Below, one piece after another: positions 18,285 through 28,259 of a stretch of DNA of 64,000 nt. Position 1 is the stretch's first letter; every line of letters begins with the position of its first letter. Made by a program: the position numbers and the translations under genes. The DNA comes from Oceanispirochaeta sp. (GTDB taxonomy: Bacteria > Spirochaetota > Spirochaetia > DSM-2461), in the NCBI GenBank assembly GCA_963666275.2, contig CAXXOA010000002.1, positions 1,184,001 through 1,248,000 on the forward strand, given 5' to 3'. The notes beneath the pieces are model-generated. The model did no database searches, was not told the origin of the DNA, and was given only the letters and a program-made list of their open reading frames with translations.

Positions 18285-19590
18285 ATAAAACTCCTTCTTG
18301 TCCGAAACTCTCTGTGAGTTCCAGTTTCTTTATGGAAGATGAGCGGTATACCCGCAGAGCCAGGAGGCAGACCCCTGCCCCGGAAAGGCTGAAAAGGGCG
18401 GCTATACCCCGTCCCGGTCCGGTTCCGAATATTTTTCCCAGAGAGGGAGCCAGGGAGCCGCCGGGCATCAGCAGAGGAATAAACACTCTGTCAGAAAGAA
18501 AACCCGCAGATCCGAAGGCCAGCAGAGTTCCCGTGAATGTCAGGAAGCCCACAAAGGCCCAGACCCGCCCCTGGGCAGAGGATTCCGTATTATTCCGGAT
18601 CAGAACTTCCGCGGCTGTGTTGATCGAGGGAAGGGCCAGGAAGAAAAAGAACCCCGGAACAAGTACCATAACAGCTGTTTCCTGAAGCCCCATGAGACTG
18701 TAGGCCAGGCCCGCCAGAACCAGAGCCCCTGTGAGCTGACAGCGCAGGCTCAGGTGCCCTCCTATCCAGCCGGAAAGGACTGCACCCAGAAGAATCCCCG
18801 TGGCACAGAGAGACTGGATCACTCCCAGCTGCTCCACCGATGTAAAGGAGAGGACCATAGGCCCCAGCAGAGCCTGAATCAGGCCTGTAAAAAAGAGGAT
18901 CCCGCTGATTAGAATCACAAGAGTTCCGATCCCATCCTTTTTTCTTATCTCATTCAATCCTTCTGACAGTTCCCGGGAGATAGGCTTCCTTTCCGGGGAT
19001 CGGGCTGGGGTCGATACTCCGGCTTGCGCCAGGACGCTGATACCGGACGCGGCAATCAGAAAAGAGATGATATCCGTTATCAGTATTGTCTTTATGGACC
19101 AGTGGGCCATCATAAAACCGGCGGCAAAGGGAGACAGAAGAAGGGGGGCTCCCGATACCATCTGGTTCATCCCGGCCGCCCGGGAATACAGGGAGGGCGG
19201 GACCAGATCCGACACGGAGGCTTTATAGGCGGGATTCATCACTCCCCCCAGGAGGGAGATCCCGGCCAGAGCCGAGTAACTCGTTATGTCTGTTCCCAGA
19301 GTCCCACCGGACGGGATCAGCAGAAGGGCCATCACCGCAGCAGATGCTGCATTTCCGAAAATCATGATGTTCAGGCGGTTGAATCTGTCTGCCAGAACTC
19401 CCGCAAAGGGACGAATCAGAAAGGAGGGGAGGAAAGACACCAGCAGGATCGTGCTGGAGCTGCCGGCCCTGCCGGTGTTTGTAAAGACATAGGCTGTCAG
19501 AGCAAACACTGTCAGCCCCGAACCGATGGAGGAGAGCATCTCCAGGGTCCAGAGGGTCAGAAAACGGCTCATATCAGATCTGTTATTCAT
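18274..19590 (-). CDS. MFS transporter (MefA/DHA3-like)
   Basis: About 12 hydrophobic segments; PFAGVLADRFNR motif A; QGRV in the C-terminal half. Confidence 0.9.
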   Translation of the reverse strand: MNNRSDMSRFLTLWTLEMLSSIGSGLTVFALTAYVFTNTGRAGSSSTILLVSFLPSFLIRPFAGVLADRFNRLNIMIFGNAASAAVMALLLIPSGGTLGTDITSYSALAGISLLGGVMNPAYKASVSDLVPPSLYSRAAGMNQMVSGAPLLLSPFAAGFMMAHWSIKTILITDIISFLIAASGISVLAQAGVSTPARSPERKPISRELSEGLNEIRKKDGIGTLVILISGILFFTGLIQALLGPMVLSFTSVEQLGVIQSLCATGILLGAVLSGWIGGHLSLRCQLTGALVLAGLAYSLMGLQETAVMVLVPGFFFFLALPSINTAAEVLIRNNTESSAQGRVWAFVGFLTFTGTLLAFGSAGFLSDRVFIPLLMPGGSLAPSLGKIFGTGPGRGIAALFSLSGAGVCLLALRVYRSSSIKKLELTESFGQEGVLYDL

Positions 19591-19606
19591 AACGTCTCAT
19601 TCCTGA

Positions 19607-20527
19607 CTAAAAGGCATAGGCCAACTGAAGGCTGGCATAAAAGCCATCTCCCAGATCCTGCTCCGAACCGTCGGGGGCATACTCTGTACCCTCCAGTAGA
19701 TATCCCCCTGTCAATTCAAGGAGGGATAGGTCCAGGGTACCGTAAAGAGCTTTCCAGGCTACACTATGCTGCCTGTCTTTTTCTCCCGATATAACCGCTT
19801 CGTAGTCATCTGCCAGGATTCCCACGCCCACTCCTGCAAAATCGCCCATAGGGTGGGACTCATCGAAGAATCTGTACTCTCCGGAGATGTCGTATTTCAG
19901 TCCCCGCCCGGGGAGCTCCGATGCATCTGTCAGCAGAAAAGAGCTGTTCAGACGGACTCTGCTTCGGGGGGCAAAGATGATATCCAGCATGGGGGAGGTT
20001 GTAAAATCCAGAGCGACATCAACATAGGGAGAGGTGTAATCGTAGTGGAGGAAAGGAAGAGGCATCAGAGGGATTTCATTTCCCCAGTCGCCGATAGCCA
20101 GAGAGGCTCCGGCCCAGAAGGTATGATTCCCCCGGGAGACCAGCTTGTATCCGTAACCGTTTACAAACGTCAGTGTTTCAAGTCCTCCTATTACAGGGCT
20201 GTCAGAATAGCTTTTGAACAGAGAAAAGAATTTGTGCTTTGTCGTATCCCGCTGAAGAAGCATGTCCAGGTTTCCGTATCTTTCCGGGTTGTTCCCGGAC
20301 GAGGGTTCGGAGAGACTGTTTCCCGAAGAGAGGGCGACTATCTGGAGTGAGTCTCCTTTCTGGAAAATCAGTCCGGCTCCTCCCTTCCATGTGTTGAAAT
20401 CCTCCCAGTTATAGCTGTCCCCATAGGCCAGGGGATAGTATTCCGGACTCTCTTCCCGGGGGACTTCATCGGCAAAGGCCGCGGTGCAGAGTGTTATGAT
20501 CAGTGTCTGTAAAATCCATTTTTTCAT
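19607..20527 (-). CDS. Hypothetical exported protein, possible outer-membrane beta-barrel
   Basis: Signal peptide; amphipathic beta-like segments; C-terminus LQLAYAF with terminal Phe. Confidence 0.7.
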   Translation of the reverse strand: MKKWILQTLIITLCTAAFADEVPREESPEYYPLAYGDSYNWEDFNTWKGGAGLIFQKGDSLQIVALSSGNSLSEPSSGNNPERYGNLDMLLQRDTTKHKFFSLFKSYSDSPVIGGLETLTFVNGYGYKLVSRGNHTFWAGASLAIGDWGNEIPLMPLPFLHYDYTSPYVDVALDFTTSPMLDIIFAPRSRVRLNSSFLLTDASELPGRGLKYDISGEYRFFDESHPMGDFAGVGVGILADDYEAVISGEKDRQHSVAWKALYGTLDLSLLELTGGYLLEGTEYAPDGSEQDLGDGFYASLQLAYAF

Positions 20528-20553
20528 AGTGAACTCCTTGTTTTCTACTGATA

Positions 20554-20580
20554 TGACTTTTGGTCAGTGACCGTTGGTCA
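20554..20580 (-). promoter_or_regulatory. Tandem palindromic operators (TGAC-N5-GTCA twice), probable TetR sites
   Basis: TGACTTTTGGTCA (20554-20566) and TGACCGTTGGTCA (20568-20580) just upstream of the operon that ends in tetR. Confidence 0.6.
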
Positions 20581-20673
20581 TTCAAATAGTTAAACAGAGG
20601 GAGATCTTTTTTGTGTTACTTTTTTTCCAAAAAAAATCCTGACGGAAGGGCAGGATCTCCATGAGGCCTGTAA

Positions 20674-21261
20674 TCAGCGAATAATTATTTTAAAAGGACT
20701 CAGAAGGGAGAGCGCCTCGGGGGCAGTGAAGACAGCTTTTTCCACCTTGTTATTCAGAGGATCTATACTGTAGCCCGAAGCCTGATTAAAAGCGGCTTTC
20801 CGCAGATCCGTATTATGAAAAAGAGTCTCTCTGAACTGGGTTCCTGTAAAGTCCGCTCCCATCAGAAAGGTCCCCTGAAAGGAGCATCCTATGATTTCGC
20901 ACTTGGTGAACTCTGCATTTTTCAGGGAGAGGTCGGTGAAATTGCAGCTCTCTATCCTGCACTCCCGGCAGGTCATTTCAAAGGAGAAGTCATTGCATTT
21001 GTAAAAGTCCATTCCCAGAAGCCGGCAGCTGCTGAATTCGTTATCCATAAACCTGGCCTGTTCAATCCGGGGATTTCTGAAATCGCAGCCCTGAAAGGAA
21101 CAGCCCTCGAAGGTTGTCTCAATCAGGATGGTTCCTGAAAATCGGCACTCGGGGAAACGGCAGTTGTAAAACTCTTTTCCCGACAGATCCAGGGAGGAAA
21201 AATCCACGCTTCGGAACTCTTCATCTTCAAAACGGTCTTCAGTTTCAATGCGGCTGTTCAA
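20674..21261 (-). CDS. Pentapeptide repeat protein
   Basis: Repeating (C/A)xFxx pentapeptides (CRFPE CRFSG … ADFTG TQFRE TLFHN TDLRK AAFNQ). Confidence 0.9.
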   Translation of the reverse strand: MNSRIETEDRFEDEEFRSVDFSSLDLSGKEFYNCRFPECRFSGTILIETTFEGCSFQGCDFRNPRIEQARFMDNEFSSCRLLGMDFYKCNDFSFEMTCRECRIESCNFTDLSLKNAEFTKCEIIGCSFQGTFLMGADFTGTQFRETLFHNTDLRKAAFNQASGYSIDPLNNKVEKAVFTAPEALSLLSPFKIIIR

Positions 21262-21728
21262 TCAAATATCCCCTTTATCCCCAGTTCTTTTCTCAGTTTC
21301 CTGTTCATCCTATTCAATTCTTCAATAAGGGAGAAGTACTCTTTTTTTTCTTCCTCTGAAATGGCAGAAAGGCTCCTGTGGATATAATCTCCATGCTCCC
21401 TTTTAAACTCTTTCACAAGGGCTTTCCCCCGGGGGGTCAGGGAGAGTTCGAAAATCCGTTTGTCCTTTTCGTTTCGGCTCTTCACCACGTACCCCATATC
21501 CACAAGACGTTTGGCTACGGGAGTAAATGAACCCTTTTCAAGCTGAAGGATCTGACTGATCCTTGTCATGGAACTGGAGCCCATGAACTCAAGGTAGATC
21601 AGGGTCTGCATCAGGGTGGGGTTCATTCCCTCCTGAAACTCATGGTTATGGAAAAATGCCTTGAAATAGATCTCGCTTATGTCTCTTTTCAGACGGAAAA
21701 TAGGCAGAAGATCTTCCTGTTCTGTCAT
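21258..21728 (-). CDS. MarR family regulator
   Basis: SMTRISQILQLEKGSFTPVAKRL…DKRIFELSLTPRG. Confidence 0.88.
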   Translation of the reverse strand: MTEQEDLLPIFRLKRDISEIYFKAFFHNHEFQEGMNPTLMQTLIYLEFMGSSSMTRISQILQLEKGSFTPVAKRLVDMGYVVKSRNEKDKRIFELSLTPRGKALVKEFKREHGDYIHRSLSAISEEEKKEYFSLIEELNRMNRKLRKELGIKGIFD

Positions 21729-21734
21729 GGAGTC

Positions 21735-23114
21735 CTACCCTCTCTCCGGTGTTTCCACTTTTGACAGTGACAGATGAAAGTGGTGCCTTTTTCTGTAATC
21801 CAGTATCAGGGCCAGGGCTGTAATCAGGATTGCGATTCCGTCTGCACCGGGAACTGCCGCCCAGACTCCCTCCAGTCCGTAAAGGGGGGGGAGAATTGTC
21901 AGCAGGGGGATCAGGCAGAGAAACTGCCTCAGCATACTTAGAATCAGAGCCTTATGACCCTGGGCTGTGGCCTGAAAAAAGGATACACCCAGAATATTGA
22001 CTCCCACAAAGGGGAGCATAAGGAAAAAGATATTCATCCCCTGAACTGCCATCCCCATGGTCAGCGACTCCGGGGCGATGAACATCCCCAGGAGGACCCG
22101 GGGGAAGAGTCTCAGACAGATAAATACAAAGGTGGAAAAGGCTGTTGCCCAGAACATGGCCAGCTTCATGGTCCTGTTGACCCGGTCATGCTGTTCGGCC
22201 CCGTGGTTGAATCCCACGATAGGCTGCATTCCCTGCTGCAGACCCATAAGGGGCATAAAAAACAGGGTAAACAGGCTGTTGATGGCGCCCATGGAGGTGA
22301 TGGCCTGGGTTCCCCCGTAGGAGGTCAGCCGGTAGTTGAGGAATCCCAGAGCGATGCTGTTTCCCACGGTGGAGGCAAAGGTGGCCGCGCCTGTTACAAG
22401 GATATCTTTAACAAGAAGCCACTTCAGTCTGAAATCCTCCAGATGCATTCTGATGCTGCTTTTTCCTCTGAGATAGAAGGAGAGGAGAAGGCCGAAGCCC
22501 AGAAACTGGCCAATGATGGTGGCTATGGCGGCCCCCTGAACACCCCATCCGAAAACAATGACAAACAGGGCATCCAGCACAATATTGGTCAGGGCAGAGA
22601 GGATCATGGCGATCATGGGCAGATGGGCCTGTCCCTCTGTTCGGACTGTAAAGTTGAAGACAAAGGCCATCATGTGAAAGGTAAATCCGCTCAGAATGAT
22701 CCTGAGATAGGACCTGGCCAGAGCCATGGTAGTGGGATCGGCTCCGAAAATATTCAGAACCGCATCCATCTTCCACTGAAGCAGCACAAGGACCGCCAGG
22801 TTGAGGATGATCCCCAGGCTGATGGCGTTGCCGAAGTACTGACCCGCTTTTCTGATATCCCGTCTGCCCAGCTGGATCGACATGAGAGCCGAACCACCGC
22901 TGGCTATCAGTGTGGCCATGGCAAAGAGTATCATCATCACAGGGAAGGCTACGGTCAGACCGGCCAGGGCCTCCTCTCCTGCAAAGCGGCCGATGAACAT
23001 CCGGTCCACAACGTTGTATATAGCATTCACCACCATCGCAATGATCGAGGGGAGTGAAAAGGTCCATAGGAGCCTGCCTATGGGCATTTCCCTCAAATTT
23101 TTCTGTTTATCCAT
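21735..23114 (-). CDS. MATE family efflux transporter (MepA-like)
   Basis: PSIIAMVVNAIYNVVDRMFIG, NIVLDALF…WGVQGAAIAT, GMQPIVGFNHGA. Confidence 0.95.
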   Translation of the reverse strand: MDKQKNLREMPIGRLLWTFSLPSIIAMVVNAIYNVVDRMFIGRFAGEEALAGLTVAFPVMMILFAMATLIASGGSALMSIQLGRRDIRKAGQYFGNAISLGIILNLAVLVLLQWKMDAVLNIFGADPTTMALARSYLRIILSGFTFHMMAFVFNFTVRTEGQAHLPMIAMILSALTNIVLDALFVIVFGWGVQGAAIATIIGQFLGFGLLLSFYLRGKSSIRMHLEDFRLKWLLVKDILVTGAATFASTVGNSIALGFLNYRLTSYGGTQAITSMGAINSLFTLFFMPLMGLQQGMQPIVGFNHGAEQHDRVNRTMKLAMFWATAFSTFVFICLRLFPRVLLGMFIAPESLTMGMAVQGMNIFFLMLPFVGVNILGVSFFQATAQGHKALILSMLRQFLCLIPLLTILPPLYGLEGVWAAVPGADGIAILITALALILDYRKRHHFHLSLSKVETPERG

Positions 23115-23136
23115 TCTATATTATATCCTCTGTATG

Positions 23137-23208
23137 GTTAGATTTCTAACAATAAGGGGAGAAGATACGGCTTTTTAAAGAAAGAGTCAAGAAGGTTTGA
23201 TTTCTAAC
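23137..23208 (-). promoter_or_regulatory. Two copies of a dyad operator upstream of the MATE operon (probable MarR sites)
   Basis: GTTAG-ATTT-CTAAC at 23137-23150 and GTTTG-ATTT-CTAAC at 23195-23208. Confidence 0.6.
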
Positions 23209-23283
23209 TAATTGATAATTTTTTACTGATCAAAGAAAAACGGAATAGATCCAGGAGGGGACAGGGCCCCCGGCATTTTTTAT

Positions 23284-23328
23284 TTGACAGTTTCAGAAAA
23301 CAGGTTTATTATAACTTAAACGTTTTAG
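23284..23328 (+). promoter_or_regulatory. Sigma70-type promoter with LacI-like operator at the predicted start site
   Basis: TTGACA (23284) -17 bp- TATTAT (23307); TAAACGTTTTA with central CG immediately downstream. Confidence 0.55.
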
Positions 23329-23647
23329 TAACATATGTGAGTAGTTTTAGAGCACACGTGATATTTGTGGAAAAAATCTCTTTTCTCCCTATTTAATTCG
23401 ATGCTTCAAAGGCACAGAAAGATACCATCTCTCTGCCCTGTCTCTGCTGAAGTTCTGTCATTTTGTAAGCGAATAGTATGGATATCAGAGTGTCCTGATT
23501 TCAATAAATAACAAACGATCAGTATTAAAGGCTTCCTTTTTAAATAAATATTACGGAAATGCCGGCGTCAGCATGGGGTGACGCGTTTTTACGAACACTG
23601 TTCTTGAGGAAAAGCAGGTTCCCGGGACAGTGAAAAAGGAGTTCTCA

Positions 23648-25078
23648 ATGAGAAAATATTTACTATTAGTTATGGCCTTTGCTCTGACTGCAACGGTTTT
23701 CCCTTCCGGCCATAAGGATGATGTGGCTGCCCGGCCTGAAACAGGTCAGAGCAGTGAAGCCCTCTTTCTCGGTTCCAAGGTACCCTATCCGGATCAGGGA
23801 ATTCTTGAATACACTGCCCCTCCCGCCGGGTATGAAGCGGACTTCATCTACTGGCTGAACAGACATGGATCCCGAAACCTTTCAGGATTTAAATATGATA
23901 AATCCTGGCTGGATATGATTGCTCTGGCAGAGTCGGAAGATCAGTTAACCGAAATGGGTAAAACTGTTAAACAGGATATTCTGAAGATTGCCAATTACGA
24001 AAAAGGAAAATACGGACTTCTGACCCTTCTGGGAAAGAATGAACTGTACATGCTGGGACAGAGAGCTGGTGTGGTTTATCAGGATCTTTTCAGCACAGGT
24101 AGACCCCTGCTGGCAGATGCCACCCGCAAGGAAAGGACCAGAGAGTCCCGGGACAGCTATCTCACAGGTCTTCTGACCACAGGGTACGAAGGCGAAATCA
24201 CGGCAACCTATTTCAAGAAAAATGAGGACCCCTATCTGAGGGCCCTGGATATTGCTCCCCGTTACGAAGAGTACAAAGAGAATGGCGACTGGTACGAAAA
24301 TGTAATTGCCTTTACAGAAACAGATGAGGCCCGGGTCATGACTGAACGGGTGGTTTCCCAGTTCTTCAAACCCGAGTTTGTCCAGCGTCTGGACGATGGT
24401 GAATTTGAGTTCTACAGCGAAGATGACGATGTGATCATCAACAGCCTGGCTACAGCGACCAACGCCCTCTGGGAAATGTATATTATCCTTCCCGCTCTGA
24501 AAGACGACGGCTTTTCCAATGTGAATATGCGGAAATATTTCAATATTGATGAGCTTGAGATGTTTGAGAAAGTCCAGAATGCCAAATCCTTCTATACCAA
24601 AGGTCCCGGTGAACCCGATGAAGAGCCCATAGCTCTTGAAATCATGGCTCCTCTGGCAAAAAGGATGATCAACGAAGTGGATACCCGTCTATCCGGCGAA
24701 ACCGATGCTCTGGGTGTATTCAGCTTCGCCCATGCCGAGACTGTTGTTCCTCTGGTAGGATTTCTGGAGATCGAAGAGTCTGCTGTTCCCAATGATGATA
24801 TAGCCGAAGCCATTACCTACTGGGACGTGGCCTATTACGGACCCATGGCAGCCAACCTGGAATGGATCGTCTATACCGCAGAAGGGAAAGAACCTCTGGT
24901 GAAGATGCTCCTCAACGAGAAAGAGACAGCCTTTGCCTCCTCTCTCAAACCGGTTTCCGGGCCCTACTACAAATGGTCCGATGTGAAATCCTATTACGGG
25001 AAAAAAGTGGCTGATCTGGGATTTGGTCTGGATACCTCTCTGGAGGATAATATCCAGACCCTGGAGGAACAGTACTGA
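23648..25078 (+). CDS. Exported histidine acid phosphatase, MINPP/phytase type
   Basis: RHGSR catalytic motif, HAE proton-donor motif (FAHAETV), PMAANL, signal peptide. Confidence 0.88.
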   Translation: MRKYLLLVMAFALTATVFPSGHKDDVAARPETGQSSEALFLGSKVPYPDQGILEYTAPPAGYEADFIYWLNRHGSRNLSGFKYDKSWLDMIALAESEDQLTEMGKTVKQDILKIANYEKGKYGLLTLLGKNELYMLGQRAGVVYQDLFSTGRPLLADATRKERTRESRDSYLTGLLTTGYEGEITATYFKKNEDPYLRALDIAPRYEEYKENGDWYENVIAFTETDEARVMTERVVSQFFKPEFVQRLDDGEFEFYSEDDDVIINSLATATNALWEMYIILPALKDDGFSNVNMRKYFNIDELEMFEKVQNAKSFYTKGPGEPDEEPIALEIMAPLAKRMINEVDTRLSGETDALGVFSFAHAETVVPLVGFLEIEESAVPNDDIAEAITYWDVAYYGPMAANLEWIVYTAEGKEPLVKMLLNEKETAFASSLKPVSGPYYKWSDVKSYYGKKVADLGFGLDTSLEDNIQTLEEQY

Positions 25079-25156
25079 TCAAGACGATGATCTGATAAAA
25101 AGGGAGTCTCAGTCTCTCTTTCTCCGGAACAGGGGCTGAAAAAAAGGAATAGATCA

Positions 25157-25188
25157 GGGAGGTTCCCCATGGGAGCCTCCCTTTTTTT
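25157..25188 (+). terminator. Intrinsic terminator
   Basis: GGGAGGTTCCC-CAT-GGGAGCCTCCC followed by T7. Confidence 0.75.
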
Positions 25189-25314
25189 ACTTACCAGAGT
25201 CCGGCAATTATGATCTTTTTTCAAAGAATTTCCTTTTTGTGAGGGAAACTTTTGCTGTTTTGCATTAAATTCTTATAAGTAAAGGAATATCCCTTTCAGT
25301 TAAAAGGAGTGAAT

Positions 25315-26472
25315 ATGAAGAAAATATTCTATTTAGCTGTGTTGCTGGCTCTTCTGATCCCGGCAATTGTATCAGCACAGGTGAAAATTACAGCCCCGAC
25401 GGTAAGTGTTAATACAGGTAATACAGCTGCCGATATCGCAATTCAAACACTTATCAATAGCAACTTGAATAGTGCTGCCCTGGAGCTGGAAAACCAGGCT
25501 AATACGGAAATCGAGCCCTATCTGGATCAGGACGATCTGGCTCTGGGATTTGCCAATGCAGGTGCTTCAGCGGCCCACATCGGTACACAGAGAGCCTACA
25601 GCGACTACAAGAGGTTTGCTCTTACCGTGGGAAGCGGCTTTGCCCTTGCGGCTCCGGCCACAACGGCGGAGGAGCTGGAAGACGCGGTCGCTAAGATCGA
25701 AGAGGATGGCGATATCTACTTCGGAGCAGCCACCCAGCCCATCACCGCCTCTCTGGGAATCAATATGGGATGGCTGGTGGAGAATATGTATACTACTGTG
25801 AAATTCGGCTATGCCAATATCAGCGATGGCAGTCTGACCGAAGACTTCTCTTTTAAAACCCTCACCATCGGTGCCCTGGTGGACTATCAGTTGATGAAGT
25901 CCCGGAAACTCCCTCTGGGTTTTGTGAAGTGGCGGGGCCTTTCCGTGGGAAGCGGTGTGCTCTATCAAAGCAACGAATCTGTTTTCAAAGCGGATTTTCC
26001 CTTTGATCCGGTAACTCAAACTGTTCCCATTTCAAGTGAAACGGGAGGGGTTTATGATGACATTGATGTACAACTTGATATTGCCCCGACCCTGACTCTG
26101 GGCGTTTCCTCTCACTCTGTTTCCATTCCCCTGGAAGTTACCACGGGAATCAGGCTCCTCTGGCTGATTGACATGAATGTGGGAGCCGGTGTGGACGTGG
26201 CTTTCGGATCTTCCGACATTGAGGCCGAACTCTCCAGTCCTATCGAGGTTTCTGATACATCAAACCTGGGTTACTACTCTTACAATGATGGATCTGTTTC
26301 TCTGGATGCCAGTACTGATGGTACCGGTCCCCAGATTATCCGTCCCCGCCTGACCGCCGGTCTGGGGCTGAATTTGGGCCCAGTAAAACTGGATGTTCCC
26401 CTGATGTACTACTTTGATATCGGCAAGGGAAACAGCGCCATGGTCGGCGTGAACGTTGGGATTGTCTGGTAG
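25315..26472 (+). CDS. Exported protein, probable spirochaetal outer-membrane/surface protein
   Basis: Signal peptide; many alternating beta-strand segments; C-terminus VGVNVGIVW; followed by a hairpin plus T run at about 26518-26557. Confidence 0.7.
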   Translation: MKKIFYLAVLLALLIPAIVSAQVKITAPTVSVNTGNTAADIAIQTLINSNLNSAALELENQANTEIEPYLDQDDLALGFANAGASAAHIGTQRAYSDYKRFALTVGSGFALAAPATTAEELEDAVAKIEEDGDIYFGAATQPITASLGINMGWLVENMYTTVKFGYANISDGSLTEDFSFKTLTIGALVDYQLMKSRKLPLGFVKWRGLSVGSGVLYQSNESVFKADFPFDPVTQTVPISSETGGVYDDIDVQLDIAPTLTLGVSSHSVSIPLEVTTGIRLLWLIDMNVGAGVDVAFGSSDIEAELSSPIEVSDTSNLGYYSYNDGSVSLDASTDGTGPQIIRPRLTAGLGLNLGPVKLDVPLMYYFDIGKGNSAMVGVNVGIVW

Positions 26473-26602
26473 AAAATACTGGAGAAAAGTGAGGATCTCT
26501 CACTTTTAATATAGAAAACAGCTCTGAAGGACTGGTTCCGGAGGGGCTGTTTTTTTTGTAATTTCCAGGAGAGAAGAGTCTCTTCCCCTTTTTTCAAATA
26601 AA

Positions 26603-26669
26603 ATGCTCCACAGGCATTTGATCTCATAAAAAACAAGTATTGGGCATAATCCTCGTTCTGCTGTATCCT
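26603..26669 (+). promoter_or_regulatory. LysR-type box plus promoter (copy 1)
   Basis: ATGC-N7-GCAT (26603-26617), then AAGTATTGGGCATAAT (26635-26650), then CTGTAT; same layout at 29650-29717. Confidence 0.65.
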
Positions 26670-26720
26670 TTTCCCATGAAACGGATATATGTACTCTTAT
26701 TCCCTGTTGCGGGGAATCCT

Positions 26721-27149
26721 GTGAAAAAGAGGCTTTTACTGGCCCTGGTCATTAGTGCTGGCTTTGCCTCACATCTTCCGGCTCAGACTCCCCAGGAGGG
26801 GGTGGGAATCACCATCACAGTGAACGGGGTGGAACTTCAGGGATCTCTCAACCGGAGCACAACCTCTGCCGCTTTTCTTGAAAAACTCCCTCTGACACTG
26901 CCCATGCTGAACCGCTACTCCCGGGAACTGGTATACAGGTTTGCCGATCCTTTTCCGGCAGAGGATGTTGAATATACAGGATACGAGGTGGGTGAGATCA
27001 TATACTGGCCTCCCCGGCACAGCTTTGTGATCATGTATGCTCAGAACGGGGAACGTTTCTCCATGCAGAAGATGGGGACAGTCCTTTCAGACCTGGATTT
27101 TCTGAAGGACCTGGTGGATCCGGAAGTGACAATCCGTTTGTCAGAGTAA
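26721..27149 (+). CDS. Exported cyclophilin-like fold protein
   Basis: L..S.T…FLEKLPLTL.M…RE…GEIIYWPP..SFVI.Y…MG pattern; signal peptide from GTG 26721. Confidence 0.8.
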   Translation: MKKRLLLALVISAGFASHLPAQTPQEGVGITITVNGVELQGSLNRSTTSAAFLEKLPLTLPMLNRYSRELVYRFADPFPAEDVEYTGYEVGEIIYWPPRHSFVIMYAQNGERFSMQKMGTVLSDLDFLKDLVDPEVTIRLSE

Positions 27150-27187
27150 AAAAAATACATTAAGAATTTAAAAAGGTAAGCATTTTT

Positions 27188-27586
27188 ATGAATTGCGATG
27201 AACTGTGTGAGCGTTACAATCTGACGAAAGAGACCATAGAGGAGCTGGAGAAACAGGGCTTTCTTACAAGTATGAGCTGCCATAACGGAGAGGTCTCGTT
27301 CTCCGAGGAGGATCTGGGCTGTCTGAACAGAATCTTCACGTTGAAGAACGCCGGGATCGATCTGGAAAAGATCAAGGAGATTCTGAAAATGGAACAGGAT
27401 GGTTCCCGTTCTATAACCCGCAGACTGAGAGTCCTGAAAGAACAGAGGGACCGGCAGATGCGGGAACTTCACAGGGCCCAGAAAACCATAGACAGGCTGG
27501 ATTTTCTGATTCATGAACTGAGAAGCAGCGAAGAGAGTACCGGGAGGGAAAATGACAAAATCCTTAAAAGTAAAGATAGCCGTTGA
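27188..27586 (+). CDS. MerR-like regulator
   Basis: FSEEDL..L..I..LKNAGIDLEKIKEIL followed by a coiled coil (L.EQR…L…IDRLDFLI). Confidence 0.8.
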   Translation: MNCDELCERYNLTKETIEELEKQGFLTSMSCHNGEVSFSEEDLGCLNRIFTLKNAGIDLEKIKEILKMEQDGSRSITRRLRVLKEQRDRQMRELHRAQKTIDRLDFLIHELRSSEESTGRENDKILKSKDSR

Positions 27587-28259
27587 CCTGGCTATGACCC
27601 TGGTTCTTCTGGTGCAGATGGGGTATATGCTGACAGGGGATCTCTCCCATGAAATAACAGGGACCGTGATGATCGCTCTATGGATCGCCCATAATCTTCT
27701 GAACCGGAAGTGGTACTCCTCCCTTATGAAAGGGCGTTATCCTCTGAAAAGGATCATTAATTCAGTCCTGAATCTTCTGCTGCTTCTGGCTGTGGCGGGA
27801 CAGATTGTCAGTGCCGTGATCATGTCGTCCTATGTCTTCCGTTTTCTGGGAATCCAGATAGGCATGGGATTCGCCAGGCTTGTGCATATGGTCTGTGCCT
27901 ACTGGCTCCTGGTTCTTTCTTCCCTGCATCTGGGGCTTCACTGGAGCCGAATCATCAAAATTCTCAAAACGAAAACAGCCTATCAGCCTTCTCTGCCGGG
28001 GAAGATCCTTATGAATACCCTGGCGGTCGGAGTCTCCTGTTTCGGCCTTTACGCTTTTATTAAAAATCAGATTCCCATCTATATGTTTATGAGAACTCAG
28101 TTTGTCTTTTTTGATTTCAGCCAGTCGGCTGTGCTCTTTTTCCTGGAATACATAAGTATTCTGGTTCTCTTCGCATCCCTTTCCTATTATGGATCCGCGG
28201 TTCTGGCGGGAAAACAACTCTCAAGGAGATCTTCATGTTCTGTATCAGAGGAAAGCTGA
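27552..28259 (+). CDS. DUF4405-type membrane protein with His-bearing TM helices
   Basis: HEITG, HNLLNRKWY, HMVCAYW, HLGLHW in hydrophobic helices. Confidence 0.82.
   Translation: MTKSLKVKIAVDLAMTLVLLVQMGYMLTGDLSHEITGTVMIALWIAHNLLNRKWYSSLMKGRYPLKRIINSVLNLLLLLAVAGQIVSAVIMSSYVFRFLGIQIGMGFARLVHMVCAYWLLVLSSLHLGLHWSRIIKILKTKTAYQPSLPGKILMNTLAVGVSCFGLYAFIKNQIPIYMFMRTQFVFFDFSQSAVLFFLEYISILVLFASLSYYGSAVLAGKQLSRRSSCSVSEES

Noticed and set aside
23322..23360. GTTTTAGTAAC and GTTTTAGAGC resembling the start of type II CRISPR repeats
   Set aside because: Only 7-10 bp match, two copies 22 bp apart, no spacer structure and no cas9.
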